The translations under genes and the position numbers were made by a program. Of a stretch of DNA of 64,000 nt, positions 36,915 through 50,396 are shown piece by piece. The DNA is from Neoechinorhynchus agilis. Its lineage: Eukaryota; Animalia; Acanthocephala. The notes beneath the pieces were generated by a model that saw nothing but the letters and a program-made list of their open reading frames with translations, did not search any database and was not told the origin of the DNA. Location of the stretch: the NCBI GenBank assembly GCA_051530055.1, contig CM121341.1, positions 248,001 to 312,000 on the forward strand. The letters are read 5' to 3'. The stretch's first letter is position 1. Each line of letters starts with the position of its first letter.

Positions 36915-38400
36915 ATACGTTTACGATATAAGTGCAGTATTGTATACCAACAACTCATGGGAATTACCTATTTTACTAAACGAGCTTGTTATTTTTATCA
37001 ATAAAAATGCATCAGTGATGGGTCTTAAACTGAACCCGGATAAAACTAAAATCATGGCTGTAGCAGGTAGCAAATACGTAAACAAAAAGCTTAATCCAAT
37101 AATCAGAACTAGATTTTTACATACTCTAGATCAAAACAACATTGTAGGTCATTTACGTTTTAATAAAATCAAAATTTTTAGCTACAATTTTAACTCAAAA
37201 TTAAACGAAAAATTAGACCTGACACAATTTAAAAAGATCTTAAAAATTGCCAAACGTTACTGTACAAGAGCGTTGAGGCTTCAACTGAGTTATAAAAGAC
37301 AATATTGTATTTGGAAAACATGGGCAATTGCGACCTTAACCTTTTTAGTCGCGGTCGTCCACCCGAACAGCGGCCTATATTCGGTGAGGCCCTTCTACAA
37401 AATGCGTCCTTTTTAAGACAAAAAGAGAAGATGGAACTGGTCAGGAGGATGAATTATTGGTTGCAAGTATTATAAACAAACGAATAACCTAACTTCCATG
37501 TGTGACAATTAACCGCTCTCACGTGTGTTTGTATTGTATCACCGATATCGCTAAAGTTATGGTCAGTGCGTCTACCGACGAATGGGCTCATATGAACCTC
37601 TCGAAGCGTATTTTTCTCATCAAAAAGAAAGGGAAAAAGGTTGTAGCTAGTGGAGATGTTCGTCCCATATCCATTCAGAACTCACTGGTTTCAATCTACG
37701 AACGGGCACTAATTGCATCGACCACGGATGCCACGGTTTTTTACCCCATAAATATGTTCAGACGGCTTTGTCTGAAATTATCACTAATTTTAATTCGAAT
37801 CAGGAGTCAATGAACATTTTAATTTCCTTCGATATCTCTAAGGCTTTTGATAGCATTGATATCGCTTTTATAATAAAGATCCTTTGTTATTTTCACTTCC
37901 CTTGTAAACTAGTCTCACGAGTGCTCAACACTATGAAGTCTAAGCAATTTTTTATCAAGATGACACATCTCACAAGATTTATCATCAAACAAAAGGAGTT
38001 TCGCAAGGGTCCCCTCTCTCACTCATCCTCTTCTAATTTGCTTCCCAATTTCTGCTTAAGAACTGCAGTTTGCAATGAACTAACCCTATATGCAGACGAT
38101 TTCAATGCGGTGATCAAGGAAGCGAACTACCTAGCAGCTATAAAGAAACTCTCAGATTTACTGTCATATCTTAATTCTATTCCCCCCAGAAGGTTCTGTC
38201 ACTCAACCCTTTAAAGACGAAATTTATTTTAAAATCTTAGTCGGTTTTTGATAAACAACGTGTTCGCGAATTTTATAAACAATTTTTTAATCTGACCTCG
38301 TCGTCAGTTTCTAATAAGATCACAATCTTGGGATACACCCTACGACCTCCGCAAATTCACAAAACTCTTACGTGTCGCTAAGCTCAAATCCAGAAGAGCA
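36915..38400 (+). mobile_element. Two decayed I-like RT fragments related to 29756-30554
   Basis: GLKLNPDKTK; RPISIQNSLVSIYER; FDISKAFDSI; LYADDF. Confidence 0.75.
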
Positions 38401-39658
38401 TTTTAACCTGGACTCGGCTCTCATGATACCAGAAGCATTTGTAACTCTTGGGCAATCTCGGGCCTAGTTTTTTACTCTAGAAGAAGACCCCCGAATAACG
38501 ATTAAAGTACATTATCACTTTCCTAGAGGCTCTGGGCAAACTCCGTTACTCCTGGAAACAAGCGCTTAAATGGACAGCGATGATATAACTTTATTACTAT
38601 CGAATTATAATTATTCCTACACATAAATTATGTCGGTTAATCATCCAATGTCTTCCTTCAAATAAATCTTATGTATGCATCAGGAGCAGAGCCTCGTGTT
38701 AGGATAATTCATTAGTTCGTTCACACAGCACCGAAACTTGCAGTTGAAGATTGACAGTCTCTTTTTCCACATTTGAGTCAAAAATAGAGCTTCCTAGAAG
38801 ATGTAACAGGTGTAGAGTTATCTCGCAGGATTCAGCTCAATGTCAATTTTCGTAACTAAGTATTCAAGCTATTGCAATTATAAATTTTATTAGCAACGTT
38901 AGACGTCTAAAATCCAATTCATTATTACGCAACGTAGTGACCAAAGTTTAAGTTTTGATGAAGTCCGATTTAAATCGGTTATAGAATTTGCTAGTTAAAA
39001 ATCTCGTAGACTACTGGGATTTGAAATTAACCTTATTTCTCGTGAAAAATACTGAAGCCAATCCCCTGCACATATCTTTTGCTTTTTTAATTAAAACAGC
39101 GCTTTAGAAAGGCCAACTAATTCTTTGGGTTCACTCGAATACGGACCGATATCATTACAAAATGCGTTAACGACTACTGCGATCGGAGCGCAAATCGCTT
39201 CAATGAAAATAATGACGAGAAACCAAGACGAAAAAAGCACCACAGTACAAGACGCAATAGACAAGGACGGTCGACCGAGAGTGGAAATTGAACGTAATAC
39301 AGTAATCGATAGGCGCGATAGTTTCATAATTTTTTCTAAAATAAAGCATAGTCGCAATTTGAGTATGTATGGCGGTACCATGTTGAAACATTTATTTCGC
39401 AGACTAAGCATTGACATGAGTATCTCGGCTCATCAAATAAGATAAAAATTGAAATCGGAAAGCGTTAACTAGGAAAAATGACACAGACAAAAATCAAAGG
39501 TTAATATATCCTCCGCCAATTTCTTGTTCATGACTGTTGTGCCGATGACTAGGCGAATCGTGCTCGCTACTTTATCGTCGTCAAAGTTAAAAAGTGCAAC
39601 CCTTTTCGTTGTTTTTAAGAGAACTATATCGACTTTAATGACACTTACGACTAATCGA

Positions 39659-40465
39659 TCACTTTTTGTCTCGTTTATGATGTCGGATCTTTTTTGATTT
39701 CCTTATTGTTCTAAACAGTTTAAGCTTTCGCTTTAAAACTCGTTTGTCGTTTTTACTCAGTGCATCAATTGCTCTCAATGCATCCTTCGTACTTCTCATT
39801 TGAACAATTCTTCTAATATGTTTAAACAACACAACTTCCCGATGGCTCGGTGCGTTTTCGTTTGCTTTACATGTAACCATATCACGACTAATGGCACCTT
39901 TTCGCATGGGTAACCCGTCCTTCTTCATTTTTTCGAGTAGTTCCATGTTGGACATTCGAGGGTAATTCGATGGCATGTCACCGGACGACGGTCCTTGCTC
40001 ATCACTAGAGTCCTTATCGGCCTTACTTATCCCATACAAAGGGCAAATCTTATCAGTGTTAATATGGCCTCGTTGTTGGCACTTTATGCATCGAACATCC
40101 CTAACTTGTATGCCAAACGGTTGGTCTTTTACTTTATCATTGGTTTTGGCCCATTGCTCACGTGGAGCTCCTCGCCACTCCAACTTCGTGCTCTGTAGAT
40201 TTTGGCCGTCTTTTCCACCATCGTCGGCTGTCATACCAATCGGAGGATTGTACATGAATGAAAGTCCCAAACGAGCTTTCTCATCACCCAGCAACTGCCG
40301 ATTCGCAAACATCTCCTGCTCCTTGTCATGCTGCTCTTTTAAAAGTTGCTGCTGCCGCCGTTCAGCTTCGGCCTTTTGCTCAGCCATCCAGAGGCGTTTC
40401 ATGTTCCCCAAATTGCTGGGATGAAACCACTTCTTGGACATGTAATTCTCGTAGCCTTTCCCCAT
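39659..40465 (-). CDS. CIR1: CIR1 (CBF1/RBPJ-interacting corepressor, CWC25/CIR N-terminal family), intronless
   Basis: MGK.Y.NYM.KK.FHP.N..N.K..WMAEQK; LG.SFMY.PP; CIKCQQRGHINTDKICP. Confidence 0.9.
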   Translation of the reverse strand: MGKGYENYMSKKWFHPSNLGNMKRLWMAEQKAEAERRQQQLLKEQHDKEQEMFANRQLLGDEKARLGLSFMYNPPIGMTADDGGKDGQNLQSTKLEWRGAPREQWAKTNDKVKDQPFGIQVRDVRCIKCQQRGHINTDKICPLYGISKADKDSSDEQGPSSGDMPSNYPRMSNMELLEKMKKDGLPMRKGAISRDMVTCKANENAPSHREVVLFKHIRRIVQMRSTKDALRAIDALSKNDKRVLKRKLKLFRTIRKSKKIRHHKRDKK

Positions 40466-40858
40466 GTCGAATCGAAGCTCTTAATAAAAAATCAATGAGT
40501 CAATTAGAAATTCTTTAAATATTGGTTTCAAAAAGGGCCCGTTGCAGCACACAAAAACTGCATGTCCATTTAAGAGCTGGCTTCCAAGTTCGATCGAAAT
40601 CGGGGCCTTGAAGCAAGATTGGCCCGAGTTTGAGGCGCTACTTGAGTTGGATTGGGGAAAATTTTAAAGAAAGTCTGATTTTAAAGAATTTTTCGACTTC
40701 TAAATGGATATTTGGAATCTTTTCTTGGGATTCGTTGATCAATTTACGAAAAAATAGCACCCTAATATCGCTTATTTCGATATGTGAGTGCACGTTATGT
40801 TTTTGGAGAAGAAAGAATGTCTTTGCGAGAGACAACATTTTAGAATCAAAGATTGGAA

Positions 40859-41899
40859 ATGCCAAGTTCGACGGAATTGATCACTATATTGCTTTGTTCT
40901 CTTCTATTTGTTTATCTTCTCTTCAAAGTCTTCTCAAATGTGAGGTTGCTCAGTTCGTGCGGTCGAACATGCTTAATAATTGGACCGAGTGGCAGTGGAA
41001 AGACAAAGCTTTTTCTCATGCTGAATGATCAGACAGCAAGATCTTCGGTGACTTCACTGACCGCGAATGTCTCGGAGTATTCAGAATTGGTTCAATTAGT
41101 CGATCTACCTTCTCATCCTCGTTTGTGGAACAAAAGTCGAACCTCGATTAAGTCTTATGACATTGGAAAAATTATTATGGTAATAAAACCCTTCGAAGAT
41201 TCAGCAGGACTTTCCAAAAATGAACATTTCCTACATGCTGCTGAGTTATTTCGGGATACTCTTTCGGAAATAAGCCACCGCCAAGATCCACTAGGACATG
41301 GATATTGCCATTCGTAGTAAAATCTTCATCGTTTTAGAAAAAGAACACATATTCGGTCTGAGAAAAATCGAAGGCGAAAGTTACGATCCCATTGGATTTA
41401 GGGATCATCGTTTTTTAATTCGAATGTATACTTTGACTTTGGTTAACGAACTCTGCCAAAAACAACTCATATATTTTTAGGTTATAATATTGAGGTCGGA
41501 CCTTGGGTTCCGACAGGGAAGTCAAATTTTATCGTTATCAGATCTAAAAAATGAGTACTTTTAATTGGTAATCACTGATAACGATTTTTGTCAGGTTTCG
41601 AGGGCCGACTGCAAAATAATAACATATCTAACCGCCCGCCTACTTTTTAAGAATGTGCAAAAATTCATGTCGCAAAATTGCCTGCTCTCGTAGTGTGGAA
41701 TGATTGGCGCGAGGACGCCAAACAATTATTCGAAAACGGAAGGAGTGAATTAAACAAGCAACTTGTTGATACTGTGAGTAAATGCGAGGAAATACGTTCG
41801 AGTAGTTCAGTGGAGCAGTACGTGGAATCGTTTAATTGGCTAAAAGGCGATTTAAGTAAAGATGAATTCGTAAAAGAGGTCGGTGATTGGATTAAATAA
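40859..41899 (+). CDS. SRPRB: Signal recognition particle receptor beta; predicted exons 40859-41293 and 41675-41899
   Basis: N-terminal TM, GPSGSGKT, VTS, LVDLP.HPRL, AAELF..L, P.LVV.N; boundary inferred. Confidence 0.75.
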
Positions 41900-42260
41900 A
41901 GCTAATTTGAGTTGAGTTTTTGGACTCAAAAATAATTCCATAGGATTTTCAATTGAATAATTTGGATTTCTGAATCACGAAGGACGTATACTCTTTTGAA
42001 ATAGTGATTTTTCCGATCTTTATTAAAAAAACTTGTTGAAACTAATAAAATGCACTTCAAAAAAAAGAGTTTCACGTAATATTGGTGATCTGATATAACA
42101 TATAAAACTTTTTAGATACCCGATCCGCATCTGTATAAGTTGGATTTTACGAACTTCAAAATATTTTTCTATAGACACATTTGTCTGAGACAATAATCCA
42201 TTTTTGAAGAAGAGCAACTATTCTTAAACGTTATCAAAGTTCGTCGATCGGAAAAGGATC

Positions 42261-45200
42261 ATGGACGCGCCGTTAAAGTACAAAGCGATTACTGTTGATC
42301 GACCTGCCTCGATTGATGATTTACGTTCTCGTCTTCCCATTATAATGGAGGAATATTCGATAATGGAGAAGATATTGGAGAACCAAGTGGTTTTAGTATG
42401 CGGAGAAACGGGATCCGGTAAGACTACTCAACTTCCTCAGTTTTTATACGAGTACGGATTCACTCACGGTGCCACTAAAATGATTGGCATCAGTGAGCCC
42501 CGAAGAGCGGCGGCCAGTTCCATGTCAGAAGTGGTAGCTGAACAGTTGAATTTGCCAACGAATAGAGTTTCGTTCCAGACCCGCTATGAAGGTAACGTAA
42601 CGGACAAAACCGTCATTAAGTTCATGACTGATGGAATCCTTCTTAAAGAGATCCAAGCTGAGTTTTTGCTTTCCAAATATTCTGTCATAATTGTAGATGA
42701 GGCACACGAACGGTCTGTATACTCAGATATCCTTCTTGGACTTTTGACGAGGATTGTAGAGCGACGAAATTCAGATAACCTTAATCCAATGAGGCTTATT
42801 ATTATGTCTGCTACGATGGAATACGAGGGGTTTACGCGTAATCGAATGCTTTTTAGACGATGTCCTCCTGTGGTTCATATTGGCGCAAGGCAGTATCCAG
42901 TTCAGGTTCATTTTGAAAGAAGAACCGATGAAGACTATATATGAACTCGATGGTTATCCCAACTTAGCTTTGCTGCCCTAAATGTTATTTTTAGAATTCC
43001 ATGATAATCATTGAGTGATAAATGCAGCCATTAGAAAAGTCTGCGAGATTCATGACAAAGAGTTCTCTTTAACTGGTAAAGACGGTATACTGGTTTTTGT
43101 TACCGGCAAACGGGAAGTTTTTACTATCTGTGGAGAATTAAAGAAAATCTATAGCAGCAAACGGAGGAAGCGGTATAAAGAGGAGAGGGAGGGTATTCGG
43201 TCTAAGAAGAAATGGAAGCAAGTTAATGACGTTGTTTCAAACCTCATCAATGAAAGTTATCCAAATTTACTTGATGAAGACGATGCTTTACAGAAGGTTT
43301 TACAAGACACTGAAACCAATCGGTCTTCGAGGCCTTTATACCTGGTACCACTATACGCTGCCTTGCCTGCGAACGAACAACGAAAAGCACGACAACCTCC
43401 ACCGCTCGGATCACGACTCTGTGTAATTTCAACAAATGTAGCCGAAGTGTCTCTCACGATCCCTGGAATCTCACATGTAAGTCGATCCGCATTGTTAAGA
43501 TAACTGAGGCGGCACACTCGACCATTGCCTATGCAGTTTGTGTTTACGAATCTTAAATTTATAAGCACTTGCTTAGGCTGACACCTTTATCATGAAAAAT
43601 GAAATCACCATTATCATAAGGTATAGCTTTAAAATTCATTCCCACTAAATATCTCCGTTTTTCAAACCATTTTCGACTTTGTTCGTGAGCCGAACACCAA
43701 CTTTCATCTTAAAATTAAAGTTTTTGAATCGTTCGATTTTTTATTTAGGCACGAAAATTAATTTTCGTTTTTTTGAAAACGTCGAAGATAATGTAACACG
43801 CACACTATTAACTCTATGAATGAACATAGTTTCGTTGTCTTCAAATGTTATGTTTGTTCGGCAGCTTCCTTGATGGCCGCGGCATTGCCGCGTTGGATCG
43901 CCGCGCTGATTCGCTGCAACAGGAAGCTGCTGGATGGCATATACAAATTTATTAATTTAATTCTACTCGTAGCAACAATAACGGCCTAGCTCACTGCCGG
44001 TAAAGGTCTTGTGTCCATAATGCTGGCCGTGTTCCCTCGCTTTACAGTCATGTTTATCTTCTGTATTAAGAAAGTCTTACTTTTGTAGTGGCCAGTCGCT
44101 TCTCTCATTCGACGGCCCAATCCGCCGCTTAGTTTAAGGGCCCATTTCCCGGCGTCTCAAATTTCTCGACCCCGAATGGCAAGAAATCGTGGTCATATCT
44201 TAATTCAACGTATTTCGACGCTCCAAATCCGAGGACGCGTTATTTTGCTGCCTTGGTGCAAGCGCATAGACGCAAGTGGCATCCCTGGTTAGATATTTCC
44301 TTGCCGCCAATTCGAAAATTGTCATTTCGATCAGTCGGTTCCTTAATCTTATTCGCAACTTTGAAGGCACGGTGGTCGACTAAAAGAATAAATTAAGCCA
44401 GACATAAATTGTTATAAAGCTCAAAATATTGGCCCCAGGCATCATAGGTTTCCGTTCGCGGTTTAGAAATGAAACAACCTTCAAGATTCACTTTTCTCTT
44501 CTCAAACGAACAATGCTCGACGCTAATTGACACCGGAAAAGAAAAAGTCCGCACATACAACAGAGACACTGGTGCTTCACGGTTTGTAATTCGATGGATT
44601 TCAAAAGCATCCGCATCTCAAAGGACAGGGCGGGCCGGTCGCGTATGCGACGGATATTGTCACCGCCTCTACTCAACAGCCGTATTCACCAACGACTTTG
44701 CTGATTACTCAGAACCGGAAATTCTAAGACGTCCGTTGGAAGATGTAATTTTGCAAATGCGGCGCATTGGAGTCGATGTTGACGTTGGATTATTTCCGTA
44801 TCCAACACCACCGAAATGCGAAGACATTAGTATTGCTGAGCGTCTTCTTGTTGATTTGGGAGCACTTGAAAGGATTGAAGAATCAAATAGACATTCCTGT
44901 TTGCAGCTCACGTCGCTTGGAATGCTCATGGCAGACTTTCCGATTAATCCCCGATACGCTAAGATCTTATTGGTGGCAAGCAAACTTCAAGTATTTCCGT
45001 ATGCATCCGTACTTGTGTCCGCTCTTAATTCCTATGAGTATTTTGTTGATGCAAACAGGACCAAAGAAGATCCTCGAGATCTTAGGAATAAATTGATGAA
45101 ACAGAAAGCATTAACTAAGCACCATAGAATGTTAGGCGATCTCTTTGCGTATCTGCTTTTCCAGGTGAACGCCGAGATGATCTCAAGGAGTAGGCGAGAG

Positions 45201-45632
45201 CAGTTCTGTGACCAAATGGGGATAAGTCCATCCGCAGCTCATGATGCTAAACGAATAAGGTCTCAGATATTTAAAATTGCACGCAAACAAGATCTTGGGG
45301 TTGATGAGTTTCATATCGCGAAGCTTGGAGTGCTGGACGGGAAGCGGGCGGAATCCTTAAGGAAGGCGGTGGCGTGTGGAATGGTCGATAAGTTGGCGAG
45401 GAAAAATCCTGAGGCCGTGGAGTTTAAAGGGAAGAAAGTGAAACATACGTATTTATCGGCTAATTGCGACCCTCTAATCATTCATCCAAAATCCACGCTT
45501 TCGCTTATTCGACCGGAATACGTTTGCTACCAGGAACTATTGGAAATCAATGAACGGACGTATATGGTAGGTGTGTGTGGAATTGACGTCGAATGGATCC
45601 CGGAATGGCTCTTAAGGCGCCTCTTCCGGTAA
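42261..45632 (+). CDS. DHX37: DEAH-box helicase DHX37/Dhr1; predicted exons 42261-42941, 43021-43479, 44526-45632
   Basis: GETGSGKTTQLPQFLYEYG, EPRR, DEAHER, MSAT, RKVC.IH, TNVAEVSLTIPG, IDTG, QRTGRAGR. Confidence 0.92.
43860..44194 (-). mobile_element. Two CRE 3'-end fragments nested in the DHX37 second insertion
   Basis: LLQRISAAIQRGNAAAI (43860-43930) and a ~230-bp near copy of 22128-22355. Confidence 0.85.
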
Positions 45633-46169
45633 TTATAGAAAATTAAAATCGAGCACCAAAGTGGTAGTGGGATCACAATAGTCACTTAAACAAGAGTTCA
45701 AATTATAGCTTCATTCTATGATAAGTTGATTAGCTGCTTAGTGAACGCGTCCATTTTGATCGGTGATGTAAGATATACACATTTAAAACCATGACTGAGA
45801 CCAAAAGGAAAACTTTCTTCGTTCCGAATGATCGACGGTAAATCAACTCAGCGGAGAAGCTACTGAAATTGGCGAAACACGGCGCCAACTTCATCTTTCG
45901 ACACTGCGTGACCCTACACAAAGTGAATTTCCTCCTTCGCTGTAATAATAACACGTTTATTTGTTAGTTAACAAAGAAAAGGACCCATGTATCTTTGGGC
46001 CCTCCAGAACACTAGAATTCGCAATAGAGATTGCGGGATTGGGTCTTTCCTTCTTCGATGTCAGAAAAGATCTTGAACGTTGTTTCGTTTTTGTGGTAGA
46101 AATGTTTTTGGTCGGTTAATTGATTTCGGTTTATTTGATTTTGGTTGGTTAATTTGTTAGGCTTTTGTT

Positions 46170-46640
46170 TTTCGCTCTTTCCTCCGAATCAATTCGCATT
46201 TTGAGGATTGAGCAGTGGGGAAGAAAAAGTGGAGGTACAGATTTGTGCGAAAACTGAAGGATGGAAAATTTTGGGGCGACGAGTGTTGTAAGTGTGAGTA
46301 AAAGGAGGAGTGTGTGGTAGAAATTGAAGAGGTGGAAGAGAATGAAGGCGCTTTGAGTGCATTTGAGAGATTAGATAGATATGTTTTTCTAAGGGCATGG
46401 GTTCGGAGCAGATTGGAGCGCACCTCTTGTGAAATGTATTAAGTTTTTTGATGCCACGTTCGACGAAGAGATCCGCCACATAATGACCGAAATCTTGAAT
46501 GTTGAAATTTCTGACTCGGCGTTACGTCAAGCCTTGCTCCTAGTTCGCTTGGGAGGCTTTGGTATTCTACGCGCGACATAAATAGCAATCTTAACCATTG
46601 GCTCATCCGTGTCTCGAACAAGCCGCTTGATCTCCTGTGG
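46170..46640. mobile_element. L2-like 3' fragment (minus strand) abutting a CRE thumb fragment (plus strand)
   Basis: FHKRCAPIC similar to FHKRAARIC at 16.6 kb; ISDSALRQALLLVRLGGFGI similar to LSNEAWQQAILP. Confidence 0.55.
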
Positions 46641-47410
46641 TTTTCTTAACGCTTTACCAATACCATCGTTTGGTACTAAAATATATAAGCGCTCCTTGTA
46701 CCTCGATTCGGCACTACGCTTATCCGTGACTTGCTCAATCTCTGCGGCACGCAAGTTCGGCAACAGGACAAACAGCACAGGTCGACAAGGATCCCATCTC
46801 GAGCCGGTCGGTTTAGGCAGAGATGACGGGAAAGACCGGACGGCGTATAAACTGTTCCTTAGAAAAGAGGCCGTCTCCTTGGGGCCACCTTCCCGAATAC
46901 GATTGCTAAGAGCAACTTATCCTTGCAGTCTCAGTAGCTCGTGGAATAGCAAAAAGGACGCAAAAAAAGAAGAAATATAAATGCCTCGATCCGTCGCTCT
47001 ACATTTTCCAAACTCTCGCCATTTGGACAGTTGGTGAAGTCGGATCATGCACCACAAATTTTTTAACAACGATTCAAAAATTGTTGGTCGAAAAAACACA
47101 CATTTCCGTGTGGCCAACTATTTTTTATCAGAAGTGCATCCTATAGGCAATGGAGGATAAATATGTTCCTCCGTTCCCATCCGAACGTTGAACTTTTGGC
47201 TGATGAAAATGGAGAAATGAATTTTAAAAATCTGATTCCTGATATTGATCTTTGGAAACTCAAGAGCATTTAACAGCAGATTAAGGAGCAATAGTAAGAA
47301 ATTACCACCTTGGATTGCTTTGCGGCCTCCAGGCAAAAAAAGAATCGCTAACGCAAATATTCAACAATAAATGCCAACTTTTATGAAGATTGGCCAGCCG
47401 GTAACTTATA

Positions 47411-47561
47411 TCAATGTGTCGCCTTTTATCACACGGCTGATAATTTTTGGGCACAAACCGGATGGTTCAGTGCATTGAGTAATTGAATTACTTCTCTGAA
47501 CAAAAATCGGTAGGCTGTGTGCCAAAAATTATCAGCCGTGTGATAAAAACCCACACATTGA
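47411..47561. mobile_element. 151-bp MITE with ~45-bp TIRs and TA target duplication
   Basis: TA|TCAATGTGT...TTTTATCACACGGCTGATAATTTTTGG, mirrored at the right end ...CACATTGA|TA. Confidence 0.88.
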
Positions 47562-48097
47562 TAAATGTCAATGTTCAACAATGCATTTTGATCATAATCT
47601 GCAATTTCGATTACATCACTTGAAGCTAATGTAGAAACACCGACGATTACATTCTCTTGTAATAATTGAGAGCATTGACTGTGAAAAGAAAATCCACTAC
47701 AAACCGGTTGTAAAAATACACCGTAGAAAGAACAACAGATCCGAAAAATAACCAAGCTCCACCCCTTTGTAATCTTAAAGATCAATTGAACGGGTTAGGC
47801 AAAATCCAGTATTTCAACACGCAAATTACAACTAAACACTTTCCCACGAACGAATCGCAACAGATTAAAGAATATACCAAAAAACAAATTAACGTTAATA
47901 AACGATAACATAATACCTGTAATCGAAGTTCAATTAATCCATCAAAGCGTAAAAGCATACTTTAAGGTGTAAGTTAAGCAGTAAAGAAAAAAGCGATGAA
48001 TCAGCGAACACACAAAACACTCAGAAAAATCTCGTGTTTAAATTTGCGTTAAATCTCAAACGCCGCTCTAAATTTTAATAAAACTTGCAGTCCGATA

Positions 48098-49321
<1,224 letters not shown>

Positions 49322-50396
49322 TTAAGCGTTAACCAAAATGCGGTCAAAATCGACGTTTACTACTGACTAACGACATTCAGCGATATTTCATGAACGTCCG
49401 ACATAAGATACTCCCTGGTTGTCGCATCCCACCAATCGGGCGAAGTGCGGGGAGAACGCGCGTGCGAGAGAGAGGTGAAAGTGTGTGCTCGTTTCGGCGG
49501 CGAAAGCGTCGGTTTATATACACCGAGATTCGTTCGGAAAGAATTCCCGTTAACCGACGCAATGAGTTGTGTATCAGATGTGGGTGTTTAGATTGCCGTG
49601 AGTAGAATTTAGTCATTTGTTTTAGTGGTGATTCAACCCGATTTTGATGTGAGTTGCATTTACGTTTTTAATGTGTCGACGAATGAATCAGCGTTTATAA
49701 CACTCATTGATAATATGCTTTTGCATTGTCATGGCAGCAAATAGTGATCCATTGTACGTTACCGTTGATGGGATTATTTAATTGCTCACATTTTGATGGG
49801 GTTTTTCGGCCTTTGAATTGGTCGAACTTTACGTTTTCACGTTTTTGTACCATCGTAATCGCTTTCTTAAGAAATCTCGTTTGCTTGGCTTGGTCGTGTG
49901 GATGGTTCACACTGATAAGAAGTTTATTCTCTAACAGTATCGACTTTGATTTTTCGAATTTTCTTTTGCCTCCTTCACTCGTAACAGCCATTGAATTATG
50001 CTCTCTTTAGGTTTCTGAATCTATGATATTGAACACATCCGACAAAAGACATCCGACTTCATTCGATCTTTTGGTTCGGTTAAGTACTTTTTCAAATGAA
50101 GGGTTATGTCGCTTTAATTGGATTTCGTGAATCCGTTTCAACGAGTTCATTGTCTTTTCCAATGTACCCAGTTCTTTACTTCTCACGTATTAAGCCTTCA
50201 GGTATCATTGATCTTTAGCACAATCAATGGCACTTTGCGAGTCTTAATATCCTCGAAAAAAAGCTCAAAAGACAATGTGCTCCTATTAAGTACTTATTTC
50301 TGTTACTCGTGCGGTTTTTTGTCTTGTTGTCTCCAATAAGGAATTTGATTAAATGATTGTCCGTGATGTTTATTGACTGAGAATTACTTTTCTCAG

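Noticed and set aside
39125-39445. 106-aa ORF
   Set aside because: No recognisable motif and only a TTG start; cannot be supported as a gene.
42943-43015. GA-AG intron reading of DHX37 insertion 1
   Set aside because: In frame but adds two residues to a fixed-length conserved segment; the TA-to-TA removal fits better. Not formally excluded.
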